A stretch of DNA of 32,000 nt from NCBI RefSeq assembly GCF_000354175.2, contig NC_022349.1, positions 1,470,001 through 1,502,000 on the forward strand, given 5' to 3'. Origin of the DNA: Vibrio alginolyticus NBRC 15630 = ATCC 17749 (lineage in GTDB: Bacteria > Pseudomonadota > Gammaproteobacteria > Enterobacterales > Vibrionaceae). This document shows positions 9,256 to 16,775 of this stretch, piece after piece. How positions within the stretch are numbered: the stretch's first letter is position 1; each line of letters begins with the position of its first letter. The position numbers and the translations under genes were made by a program. The notes beneath the pieces are model-generated. The model saw only the letters and a program-made list of their open reading frames with translations. It ran no database searches and was not told the DNA's origin.

Positions 9256-9272
9256 AACTGGTTAGACCTCTT
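9256..9272. promoter_or_regulatory. FadR-like operator upstream of fadE
   Basis: AACTGGTTAGACCTCTT shares the CTGGT-nn-GACCT core and the flanking AA/TT of the remembered E. coli FadR consensus (A.CTGGTCCGAC.TGTT). It lies 52 bp before the fadE ATG. Confidence 0.6.
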
Positions 9273-9323
9273 ACCTAACATACAGACGTACAAAACTTAT
9301 AAAGTCTGAAAAGGAAAATATAT

Positions 9324-11768
9324 ATGGACATCTTGCTCTCAATCATCACGATGGCGATCGTGCTAGGCATTACGCTCTACCACCGCATGTCTCTCGTGAA
9401 ATCTATTAGCTTACTCACCGCGGCCATGCTGGCTCTTACAGTAGCAGGAACTGTCGGCGTTATTGGTTGGGCTATTTACGTTCTCGCCGCAGCTGTGCTC
9501 GCGGTTCCTGGCGTACGTCAGTCTTTAATTAGCCGCAAAGCGTTAGTGCTTTTCAAGAAAGTGCTGCCAGCTATGTCTCAAACCGAAAAAGAAGCGTTAG
9601 ACGCAGGTACCGTCTGGTGGGAAGCCGAACTGTTTAAAGGCAAACCAGAGTGGCAAAAGCTACACGCGATTCAAGCACCTAAGTTAAGTGCGGAAGAACA
9701 AGCCTTTTTAGACGGCCCTGTGAATGAAGTGTGCGCCATGGTGAGTGATTTCCAAGTGACCCATGAACTCGCGGACTTACCGCCAGAAGTTTGGCAATAC
9801 CTGAAAGATCATAAGTTCTTCGCCATGATCATTAAGAAAAAGTACGGTGGTCTGGAATTCTCAGCATACGCGCAATCACTAGTACTACAAAAACTAACGG
9901 GTGTTTCTGGCGTTCTATCGTCTACCGTTGGTGTTCCTAACTCTTTGGGCCCAGGTGAGCTACTGCAACACTACGGTACTGAAGATCAAAAAAATCATTA
10001 CTTACCGCGTCTAGCTGAAGGTAAGGAAATCCCTTGTTTCGCCCTAACAAGTCCAGAAGCGGGTTCTGACGCAGGCTCTATTCCAGATTACGGTGTGGTC
10101 TGTAAAGGCGAATGGGAAGGAAAAGAAGTACTGGGTATGCGCCTGACTTGGAACAAGCGCTACATCACCCTAGCGCCAGTCGCAACGGTACTAGGCTTAG
10201 CATTTAAACTTCGCGATCCTGAAGGTTTGCTAGGCGACAAAGAAGATCTTGGCATCACTTGTGCGCTTATCCCAACTGATGTCAAAGGTGTTGAGATTGG
10301 TAACCGACACTTCCCGCTCAATGTACCATTCCAAAATGGTCCAACGCGCGGTAAAGACATCTTTGTTCCTATCGATTTCATTATCGGTGGTGAAAAAATG
10401 GCGGGCCAAGGTTGGCGTATGCTGGTTGAGTGTCTGTCGGTTGGACGTGGTATCACGCTACCTTCAAACTCAACAGGTGGCATCAAAACTGCGGCAATGG
10501 CAACCGGTGCTTACTCACGTATTCGCCGTCAGTTCAAACAGCCGATCGGCCATATGGAAGGAGTTGAAGAACCATTAGCACGCTTGGGTGGTAATGCTTA
10601 CGTGATGGATGCAGCAAGCAACTTAACCGTTGCGGGTATCGACTTAGGTGAAAAACCTTCAGTTATCTCAGCTATCGTGAAGTATCACTGTACGCACCGC
10701 GGCCAGCAAAGCATCATCGATGCAATGGACATCGTAGGCGGTAAAGGTATCTGTATGGGACCTTCTAACTTCCTAGCTCGTGGTTACCAAGGTGCGCCAA
10801 TCGCAGTAACGGTTGAGGGTGCTAACATTCTAACACGCTCAATGATCATCTTTGGCCAAGGCGCAATCCGTTGCCATCCGTACGTTCTTGAAGAAATGAA
10901 CGCGGCGTATTCTGAAGCAAGTAATGCTGTCGAGAAATTTGATAAAGCGCTTGCTGGTCACGTGAGCTTTACAATGAGTAACCTAGTGCGCAGTATCTGG
11001 TTTGGTTTGAGCGACGGTCTGGGCTCTTCATCGCCAACCAAAGATGCAACCAAGCGTTACTACCAACAATTGAACCGCTACAGTGCAAACCTTGCCTTAC
11101 TATCGGATATCTCGATGGCAGTGCTAGGTGGCTCTTTGAAGCGTAAAGAGCGTCTATCAGCGCGTCTTGGTGACATTCTAAGCCAGCTATATTTAAGCTC
11201 TGCGACGTTGAAACGTTTTGAGCAAGATGGACGCCCAGTCGAAGATTTACCATTAGTACACTGGGGTCTACAAGACAGTTTGAAACAAGCGGAAGTGGCG
11301 GTAGACGAATTCTTAGCAAACTTCCCGAACAAAGTGATTGGTCGTGCACTGCGCGTGTTAATCATGCCATTCGGTCGTGTACGCAAAGCGCCAAGCGATA
11401 AACTAGACAGTAAAGTGGCGCGCATTCTACAAACGCCAAGTGCAACGCGCTCACGCATTGGTCGCGGTCAATACCTTGAACCAACCGAGCACAACGCAGC
11501 AGGTAAGATTGAGCTTGCACTATCAGTCATTCTTCAAGCTGAGCCTGTGTTTGACAAAGTATGTAAAGCGCAAGGTAAGCGTCGCCCATTCTTACGTTTG
11601 GATATGATTGCTCAGGAAGGGTTAGAGCAAGGCTTTATCACGCAAGAAGAAGCCGATCTACTCAGAGAAGCGGAACAGCATCGTCTAGATACAATCAACG
11701 TTGATGATTTTGAGCCGGAACTGCTTGCCGCAAAGCCGCTATACCCTCAGATGGATAGTGTCGCGTAA
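9324..11768 (+). CDS. fadE: Acyl-CoA dehydrogenase FadE (membrane-anchored, 814 aa)
   Basis: Same length as E. coli FadE with long identical blocks ([64 protein letters not shown]). RBS AAGGA. Confidence 0.97.
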   Translation: MDILLSIITMAIVLGITLYHRMSLVKSISLLTAAMLALTVAGTVGVIGWAIYVLAAAVLAVPGVRQSLISRKALVLFKKVLPAMSQTEKEALDAGTVWWEAELFKGKPEWQKLHAIQAPKLSAEEQAFLDGPVNEVCAMVSDFQVTHELADLPPEVWQYLKDHKFFAMIIKKKYGGLEFSAYAQSLVLQKLTGVSGVLSSTVGVPNSLGPGELLQHYGTEDQKNHYLPRLAEGKEIPCFALTSPEAGSDAGSIPDYGVVCKGEWEGKEVLGMRLTWNKRYITLAPVATVLGLAFKLRDPEGLLGDKEDLGITCALIPTDVKGVEIGNRHFPLNVPFQNGPTRGKDIFVPIDFIIGGEKMAGQGWRMLVECLSVGRGITLPSNSTGGIKTAAMATGAYSRIRRQFKQPIGHMEGVEEPLARLGGNAYVMDAASNLTVAGIDLGEKPSVISAIVKYHCTHRGQQSIIDAMDIVGGKGICMGPSNFLARGYQGAPIAVTVEGANILTRSMIIFGQGAIRCHPYVLEEMNAAYSEASNAVEKFDKALAGHVSFTMSNLVRSIWFGLSDGLGSSSPTKDATKRYYQQLNRYSANLALLSDISMAVLGGSLKRKERLSARLGDILSQLYLSSATLKRFEQDGRPVEDLPLVHWGLQDSLKQAEVAVDEFLANFPNKVIGRALRVLIMPFGRVRKAPSDKLDSKVARILQTPSATRSRIGRGQYLEPTEHNAAGKIELALSVILQAEPVFDKVCKAQGKRRPFLRLDMIAQEGLEQGFITQEEADLLREAEQHRLDTINVDDFEPELLAAKPLYPQMDSVA

Positions 11769-11788
11769 CTCTAGAATCTGAGACCACA

Positions 11789-11816
11789 AACGGGAGTATC
11801 AGCTCCCGTTTTTTAT
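11789..11816 (+). terminator. fadE terminator
   Basis: AACGGGAG-TATCAG-CTCCCGTT followed by TTTTTAT. Confidence 0.8.
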
Positions 11817-11967
11817 TGCTTCCAGAATCGCATTCATAACACCACGAAGCCCCTGCGCAATCGCAATAAAAGCCACGCACTCCAATCTTTCCCCCGATTT
11901 CCAGTGATAACTAACTCACAGACGTTCCAACTAAGCGGTGTATACTTTAAGTAACTCACTCACATAT

Positions 11968-13743
11968 ATGGTAAATCCGTTGGCTAAAATATTACTCGCA
12001 CAGTGGTTCCCAGGGCTTGTTCAGCTTAAGCATTATCAAAAAGAATGGTTTGTTAACGACTTTAGAGCCGCCTTTTCTGTTGTCGCGGTTGCACTGCCAG
12101 TTGCCATAGCTTATGCACAGTTAACTGGTGTATCCGCAATTGTCGGTCTGTATTCGTGTGTACTGCCAATGTTGGTTTACGCCATGATGGGCACATCTCG
12201 GCAACTCATTGTCGGACCCGATGCAGCAACCTGTGCAGTGATCGCTGCTGTTGTGACACCACTTGCCGCAGGTGACCCCACAAAACATTGGCAGTTGGTT
12301 ATGACCATGACAGCGATGACGGGGATTTGGTGTGTACTGGCAAGTCGTTTCAAGCTAGGGGTGTTTGCAGATTTCCTTTCTCGTCCGATTCTTTTGGGTC
12401 TACTCAACGGTGTTGCTCTCACAATTATCGTTGGTCAGTTTGCGAAAGTAGTCGGTTTGAAATACGAGCAACGTTATTTACTGGAACGTTTATGGGAAGC
12501 TCCACAACGACTAACCGAGCTTCATTGGCCTACTGTAACTCTGAGTATCGTGACGGTTGTCGTTTATTTGCTCACCAAACGCTACCGACCAACTTGGCCT
12601 GCTGCCATGCTGGCGATCCTCGTAACTACTGCGTCAGTTTGGTTTTTCCATTTACAAGAGATGGGCGTATCGGTTGTCGGACTCACTCAAGGTGGCTTCC
12701 CTCAGTTTCAAACACCGGAGTTTGAGCTAGGTGAAGTTCGTGAACTAGTGGTCCCGGCTCTCAACCTTGCGATTGTCAGTTTTGTTAGCATGATGCTCAC
12801 CGCCCGCAGTTTCGCTGCTAAAAACGGTTATGATATTGATGCTAATAAAGAGTTTCAGGCGTTGGGTTTTGCCAACATTGCCTCAGCGTTTTCGCAAGGT
12901 TTCGCGATAAGCGGCGCTGACTCACGCACAGCCGTCAATGATGCAAATGGCGGTAAATCTCAATTAGTTTCGATTGTCGCTGCAATCACTATTGCCATTA
13001 TTGCGGTATTTATTTACGAGCCTTTGCAGTTCATCCCTATCGCTTCACTTGGTGTTGTATTGATCATTGCGTCCCTATCGCTGCTCGATCTTAAAGCAAT
13101 TTGGAAATTAAAATCTCGTGACAAAGATGCATTTTATCTGGCCATCATTACTTTTATTTCTGTGTTGATCGTGGGTGTAATACCGGGGATCACTTTGGCG
13201 GTACTGCTAGGGCTGTTTCAATTTTTACGTATTGTCATGCGGCCGAGTGATCAGCTACTTGGCCTGGATGAAAAAGGTACCATTCGGACCATCGACGACT
13301 CAGGAAAAGCATCGCCTATTCCTGGAATGGTGATTTACCGCTTTAACTCACCGCTAACTTACTTCAACGCTCCTTACTTTAAACGTAGAGTGTTAGAGCA
13401 GGCAGAGCATCACAAAGACGCAAGTTGCGTTGTCATCGACGCCGTGTCGAGCTTTACTCACTTGGATCTCAGTGTGATGGCAACACTGGCAGATATTCAC
13501 AATACTTTGAAAAAGAGAGGCGTACGCTTAATCCTAGCAGGAAGGAAACGACGTCTTCGTCAATGGTGTGAGCTTACTGGTATCAGCACCAGTGAAGGAG
13601 GCATCTTACTGCGAGCTGATATGTACCTTGCCATTAAACTTAGTGGCTGTTACATCAGTGCTGTGGGTGAGGGACAAATTCCTACTGTTCAAAAAGAGCC
13701 TGATTTAGAGCAGCCACCCAAACCAATTCCAGAAGTGGCTTAA
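11968..13743 (+). CDS. SulP-family anion permease with C-terminal STAS domain
   Basis: Polytopic N-terminal region (PVAIAYAQLTGV, GPDAATCAVIAAV) plus a STAS-like C-terminus (VIYRFNSPLTYFNAPYF...VVIDAVSSFTHLDLSVMATL). The start is ambiguous: ATG 11968 is chosen and the ORF-track GTG 11938 is the alternative. Neither has a clear SD. Confidence 0.85.
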   Translation: MVNPLAKILLAQWFPGLVQLKHYQKEWFVNDFRAAFSVVAVALPVAIAYAQLTGVSAIVGLYSCVLPMLVYAMMGTSRQLIVGPDAATCAVIAAVVTPLAAGDPTKHWQLVMTMTAMTGIWCVLASRFKLGVFADFLSRPILLGLLNGVALTIIVGQFAKVVGLKYEQRYLLERLWEAPQRLTELHWPTVTLSIVTVVVYLLTKRYRPTWPAAMLAILVTTASVWFFHLQEMGVSVVGLTQGGFPQFQTPEFELGEVRELVVPALNLAIVSFVSMMLTARSFAAKNGYDIDANKEFQALGFANIASAFSQGFAISGADSRTAVNDANGGKSQLVSIVAAITIAIIAVFIYEPLQFIPIASLGVVLIIASLSLLDLKAIWKLKSRDKDAFYLAIITFISVLIVGVIPGITLAVLLGLFQFLRIVMRPSDQLLGLDEKGTIRTIDDSGKASPIPGMVIYRFNSPLTYFNAPYFKRRVLEQAEHHKDASCVVIDAVSSFTHLDLSVMATLADIHNTLKKRGVRLILAGRKRRLRQWCELTGISTSEGGILLRADMYLAIKLSGCYISAVGEGQIPTVQKEPDLEQPPKPIPEVA

Positions 13744-13758
13744 ATAGAAATTTAATAT

Positions 13759-13788
13759 AGAAAACAGGAAATTAAACTCCTGTTTTCT
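13759..13788. terminator. Bidirectional terminator between the SulP gene (+) and the GNAT gene (-)
   Basis: AGAAAACAGGA-AATTAAAC-TCCTGTTTTCT. Confidence 0.8.
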
Positions 13789-13816
13789 AGTGCTTATCTT
13801 CACAGCTGAATACGTG

Positions 13817-14227
13817 TTATGCCTTTGGCTTAAACTTTTTTGTCATCCCTTGGCTTTTAGGAGCCACCAGCCTATAACCAAGCTTTTCGTAAAAGACCGG
13901 TTCATCAGCAATCATAAAAACGTAAGAGCCTTCAAGTGCAACAGAAGAAAGATAACCGTCGATGTATTCCATGACTTTTCTACCTAAACCGTTACCTTGA
14001 TAATCAGAATCAACGGCAACGTCGACAATTTCGAAGTTACACGCCCCGTCACCAACAACCCGACCCATTGCAATGAGCTTTCCTTCATCCCGAACAGATA
14101 CGCCATATAACGAATTGGGTAGGCCAATTTCAGCAGCTTTCAACGATTTAGGTGATAGCCCGGCTTTTATACGCATATCACAGTATTCTTTCGGGCTTGG
14201 CACATGCTCTTCATATCTTATTGTCAT
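13817..14227 (-). CDS. Small GNAT-family N-acetyltransferase (substrate unknown)
   Basis: 136 aa. Acetyl-CoA motif A in IVDVAVDSDYQGNGLGRKVMEYI (Q-x-x-G-x-G) and a C-terminal FYEKLGY motif. AAGGAG lies 9 nt upstream of the ATG. Confidence 0.85.
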   Translation of the reverse strand: MTIRYEEHVPSPKEYCDMRIKAGLSPKSLKAAEIGLPNSLYGVSVRDEGKLIAMGRVVGDGACNFEIVDVAVDSDYQGNGLGRKVMEYIDGYLSSVALEGSYVFMIADEPVFYEKLGYRLVAPKSQGMTKKFKPKA

Positions 14228-14269
14228 TATGTACTACTCCTTTGTATCACCTTGGAGCTTACATAACTA

Positions 14270-14289
14270 AACTGTATAAATAAACAGTT
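14270..14289. promoter_or_regulatory. LexA (SOS) box upstream of the GNAT gene
   Basis: AACTGTATAAATAAACAGTT has a perfect CTGT-N8-ACAG core. By hand it matches 16 of 20 positions of the gamma-proteobacterial consensus TACTGTATATATATACAGTA. It lies 43-62 bp upstream of the GNAT ATG and overlaps a possible TTTCCA-N17-TATACA promoter on the minus strand. Confidence 0.7.
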
Positions 14290-14311
14290 ATACGTTGGAA
14301 AGATGTTCCCA

Positions 14312-14704
14312 TTAAGCACACAAAGTATCGGGTCTAGAAAAGAACCCGCCGACAACTCTGACGCCATAATAGATATAAGTTGCTCTGAAGCTAGACATTC
14401 CTTTTTCTAAACATGTTTCTCTCAACAACGTATCCGCATGCTTTCGAGCACTTTGAGGCAACACCTCTTCCCTCATGAGTTGGTAAAGAGCATCATGCAC
14501 TAAAGAAGCTTTCATAATGTTTTTTGTGTCTAACGCTGGCCCACTCGCTCCATCCCATGCATAGCCCTTTTTAATCGTTAACACGCCTTGTTTGGACAAA
14601 CTAAGAAAAGGGCTGTCATACGCGTTACTCACTGAAATGTGAGTCTCAATCTTTTCTTCAGAATGGAGAGTGTATTTATACTTCTGACGCTTTTTGTATT
14701 TCAT
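14312..14704 (-). CDS. DUF1353-like protein (function unknown)
   Basis: 130 aa. The motif pair GYAWDGASGP and LVHDALY fits my memory of the DUF1353 signature (x-DG-x-S-x-P ... HD-x-x-Y). Not verified by HMM. Confidence 0.65.
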   Translation of the reverse strand: MKYKKRQKYKYTLHSEEKIETHISVSNAYDSPFLSLSKQGVLTIKKGYAWDGASGPALDTKNIMKASLVHDALYQLMREEVLPQSARKHADTLLRETCLEKGMSSFRATYIYYGVRVVGGFFSRPDTLCA

Positions 14705-14755
14705 AACCTAACCGCTTAGCTAACTTCAGTGGGAGGAACGGAGATGACTCTCAAA

Positions 14756-15313
14756 TTAGAGTTTCTCAGAGAGTTTTTTCAAGTAGGACTTAGCAAGCTC
14801 ATGGTTATCTCTGCTCAACCACTTAATACAATCAAAGAGTTCCCAGATCAGGCCTTGATCACCACTGGTATAAACTGGGAACTCTTCATGCTTTGGCGCA
14901 GGTTCATCAGTAACCATGCCCGCAATCACATCAGCTTTATCAAATAAAGTCTTAAATGGCTTAGAAAGTTTGAAGGGGTCACAGAGATCTAAACAATGAA
15001 TCTCTGCACTGGTTAGGTCATTAAAAATGTATTTTTTGAAACACGCATTTTCGTTGTGCTCTCCCTCAAGGCGATAAAAAATGTCTTTATTAGCTTCAAA
15101 CTGGGTAAAGCAAGGCTCTGAGGCTTTATGGAAGTTGTTTTGAGTAAATACAACAACATCAGCGTCCGAAATACGGTCACCTTGTCCTGATGACAAGGAG
15201 CCAAGCAATACCGCGGCAACAACGTCTTTTTCAGAATAAAAGGCATCATAAGCTGACTCAACCAAGGCCTTTTGTCGTGGTAAATGTTCTAGTCCTAACT
15301 CTCCAATTGTCAT
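14756..15313 (-). CDS. Pol-beta superfamily nucleotidyltransferase-domain protein (NTP_transf_2-like) with helical C-terminal half
   Basis: 185 aa. LLGSLSSGQGDRISDADVVVF is the G-S-x(9-10)-D-x-D NTase catalytic motif. GGAG lies 6 nt upstream of the ATG. Substrate unknown. Confidence 0.8.
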   Translation of the reverse strand: MTIGELGLEHLPRQKALVESAYDAFYSEKDVVAAVLLGSLSSGQGDRISDADVVVFTQNNFHKASEPCFTQFEANKDIFYRLEGEHNENACFKKYIFNDLTSAEIHCLDLCDPFKLSKPFKTLFDKADVIAGMVTDEPAPKHEEFPVYTSGDQGLIWELFDCIKWLSRDNHELAKSYLKKLSEKL

Positions 15314-15378
15314 AACTCACTCCGTCTATACGCACTAAAATCAAGTCGATACGTAAAGAGTATCATGCGAGCTTTATT

Positions 15379-15437
15379 ATGATTAATCAACGTTAAATCA
15401 TGGTGTTACTTTAAAATAAAATGATTAATGACCATGA
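15379..15437. repeat. Direct and inverted short repeats in the NTase promoter region
   Basis: ATGATTAAT occurs at 15379-15387 and again at 15421-15429, 42 bp apart. TCATGGT (15398-15404) is inverted as ACCATGA (15431-15437). Confidence 0.4.
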
Positions 15438-15469
15438 GAAATATCAAATTCTGTCTCAAACTTAAACTG

Positions 15470-15496
15470 AAAAAAACGGAGCCGATTGGCTCCGTT
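15470..15496 (-). terminator. Terminator of the dnaQ-linked gene
   Basis: The minus strand reads AACGGAGCC-AATC-GGCTCCGTT followed by TTTTTTT. Confidence 0.85.
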
Positions 15497-15516
15497 TCTC
15501 GCTTTATGTGTTACTA

Positions 15517-16767
15517 CTATTTCTTTGGCACTTCTAACTGCATCTCTGGCATGGCATCGCGCTTCGCTTTAATTTTGCGCCAGACTATCCATGCAATGAT
15601 CACAATCAGCAGCATTATCACGTTACCCACCGCGATAATAATCATGCTGCGCTTACGCTCAGCCTCCCGCTCAGCGATAATTTGCTTTTCCATTTCAATA
15701 CGGCGCTGCTCGGCTAATTCAGCTTCTTTTGCAATTCGAGCAGCTTCTAGATCAACTTCATCAACAACACTGAAGGTTTGCTCTGGAATAGGAAACACCA
15801 ACGGACGCTGGGTTGCAAAATCAGTGGTAAAGATCTCGCCGCGCCATGCGTACTTACCAAGCTCAGCATCGTTATTGAGGTTCAACGTAACTCTCATTCC
15901 ATCTTTAGAGACCTGTCCTTGGCTGTAACTAATGAAACCATCGGGAGCGTCCTTTTTCACTGTGACTGCAATAGAGCCTGGTGCAATCATACCTTGCTCA
16001 CCACTCACCACTAATTGATGTGGCTTATCGGGATTACGAGCCTGAATAAAAGTACGAGAGATTGGGTTCGGATAAACCAAGATGACTTGTTCTTGCGCTC
16101 GTAAGAATACGCCATTGCCAGACGTGATGCGCGCGCGGTACTTACCAGGCTCAACGTCTATTGGGAGCTGAACCGTGAACACTCCATCCCCTGCTTTTTC
16201 ATCCAAGCCGCGGCCGTCATCAGCAAACTCACCCACAACCATCGGCACTGGACGAGCTTCTTTGATCAGCTCATCTTCATTTTCGACAAACTTGGTAAAT
16301 GTCACGCGCAGATTCACGCGATCAAGGAAGTCGCGCAATACAAGAGGTTTGCCGTCGGAGGTCAGGCGAGCTGTAAACTTAAGCGCTTCCCCATTATATA
16401 ATCGGTTTGGGAACAGGTCCGTACTGAGCTTTAGGTGAGAAATTAAGCGGATGTTATTTTTAGGCGTAACTTTCCCCACAGCCTGCCATGGACCTGGCAT
16501 CGGGTTATCAACGGAAATAATATCGAGTGAGGCTTCTTGATACCAACGTACATTGTCGTAAGAGCCCCAAGCATAGTATTTTTTACCGTCAGGACGGACT
16601 AAAACAACTGGCTGAGAACTTTGCTCACGATAAACCAAAAACGTGATCTGCTCGATGGTTGGATCAACTCGAAAGCGATTGTCTAACAAAGACATTGTAG
16701 ATTCACTCGCAGCACTCGAGAGACTACTCCATATCGCTAAAAACGCGACCAACAAAGCCCTCAACAT
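15517..16767 (-). CDS. Conserved hypothetical exported, C-terminally membrane-anchored protein (resembles the family annotated TIGR03503 in Vibrio and Shewanella)
   Basis: Start moved to the ATG at 16767 (MLRALLVAFLAIWSSLSSAAS signal peptide) with AGGAG 5 nt upstream. The ORF-track start at 16788 is a TTG inside dnaQ. The protein has a beta-rich ectodomain, a charged coiled coil (EAARIAKEAELAEQRRIEMEKQIIAEREAERKR), a TM helix and a basic tail. The family name is from memory. Confidence 0.75.
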   Translation of the reverse strand: MLRALLVAFLAIWSSLSSAASESTMSLLDNRFRVDPTIEQITFLVYREQSSQPVVLVRPDGKKYYAWGSYDNVRWYQEASLDIISVDNPMPGPWQAVGKVTPKNNIRLISHLKLSTDLFPNRLYNGEALKFTARLTSDGKPLVLRDFLDRVNLRVTFTKFVENEDELIKEARPVPMVVGEFADDGRGLDEKAGDGVFTVQLPIDVEPGKYRARITSGNGVFLRAQEQVILVYPNPISRTFIQARNPDKPHQLVVSGEQGMIAPGSIAVTVKKDAPDGFISYSQGQVSKDGMRVTLNLNNDAELGKYAWRGEIFTTDFATQRPLVFPIPEQTFSVVDEVDLEAARIAKEAELAEQRRIEMEKQIIAEREAERKRSMIIIAVGNVIMLLIVIIAWIVWRKIKAKRDAMPEMQLEVPKK

Positions 16768-16775
16768 AGCTTCTC

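Noticed and set aside
12288-12725. 145-aa + strand ORF, out of frame within the SulP gene (also 12177-12422 on the minus strand)
   Set aside because: These are alternative-frame artefacts of a long membrane-protein gene.
14255-14300. Possible integron attC site between the DUF1353 and GNAT genes (TATAAC ... GTTATG)
   Set aside because: Only 6-bp arms pair. The R' sequence would be GTTATGT, which does not fit GTTRRRY. The spacer is far shorter than Vibrio VCR-type attC sites and no intI is nearby. A LexA box explains the palindrome better.
14756-15313. HEPN-like R-x4-6-H motif in the NTase C-terminal half (SRDNHE)
   Set aside because: The spacing is R-x2-H, not R-x4-6-H. The helical C-terminus looks more like a KNTase-type accessory domain, so I do not call a fused or partner HEPN.
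13800-15360. Recurrence of the hexamer ATACGT in all three islet intergenic regions (about 13809, 14291 and 15349) as a possible shared motif or cassette boundary
   Set aside because: The flanking contexts do not align beyond the hexamer. It is too short to distinguish from chance without a computation.
15310-15366. 18-codon upstream ORF (MILFTYRLDFSAYRRSEL) ending in an ATGA overlap with the NTase start
   Set aside because: There is no SD before its ATG and it is very short. The overlap is probably a chance feature of the 5' UTR. It cannot be supported from sequence alone.
15428-15928. 166-aa + strand ORF starting in the NTase/TIGR03503 intergenic region
   Set aside because: It runs straight through the strong terminator hairpin and then lies antisense to the dnaQ-linked gene. 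The composition is Ser/Ile/Arg-rich and low-complexity, and there is no SD.
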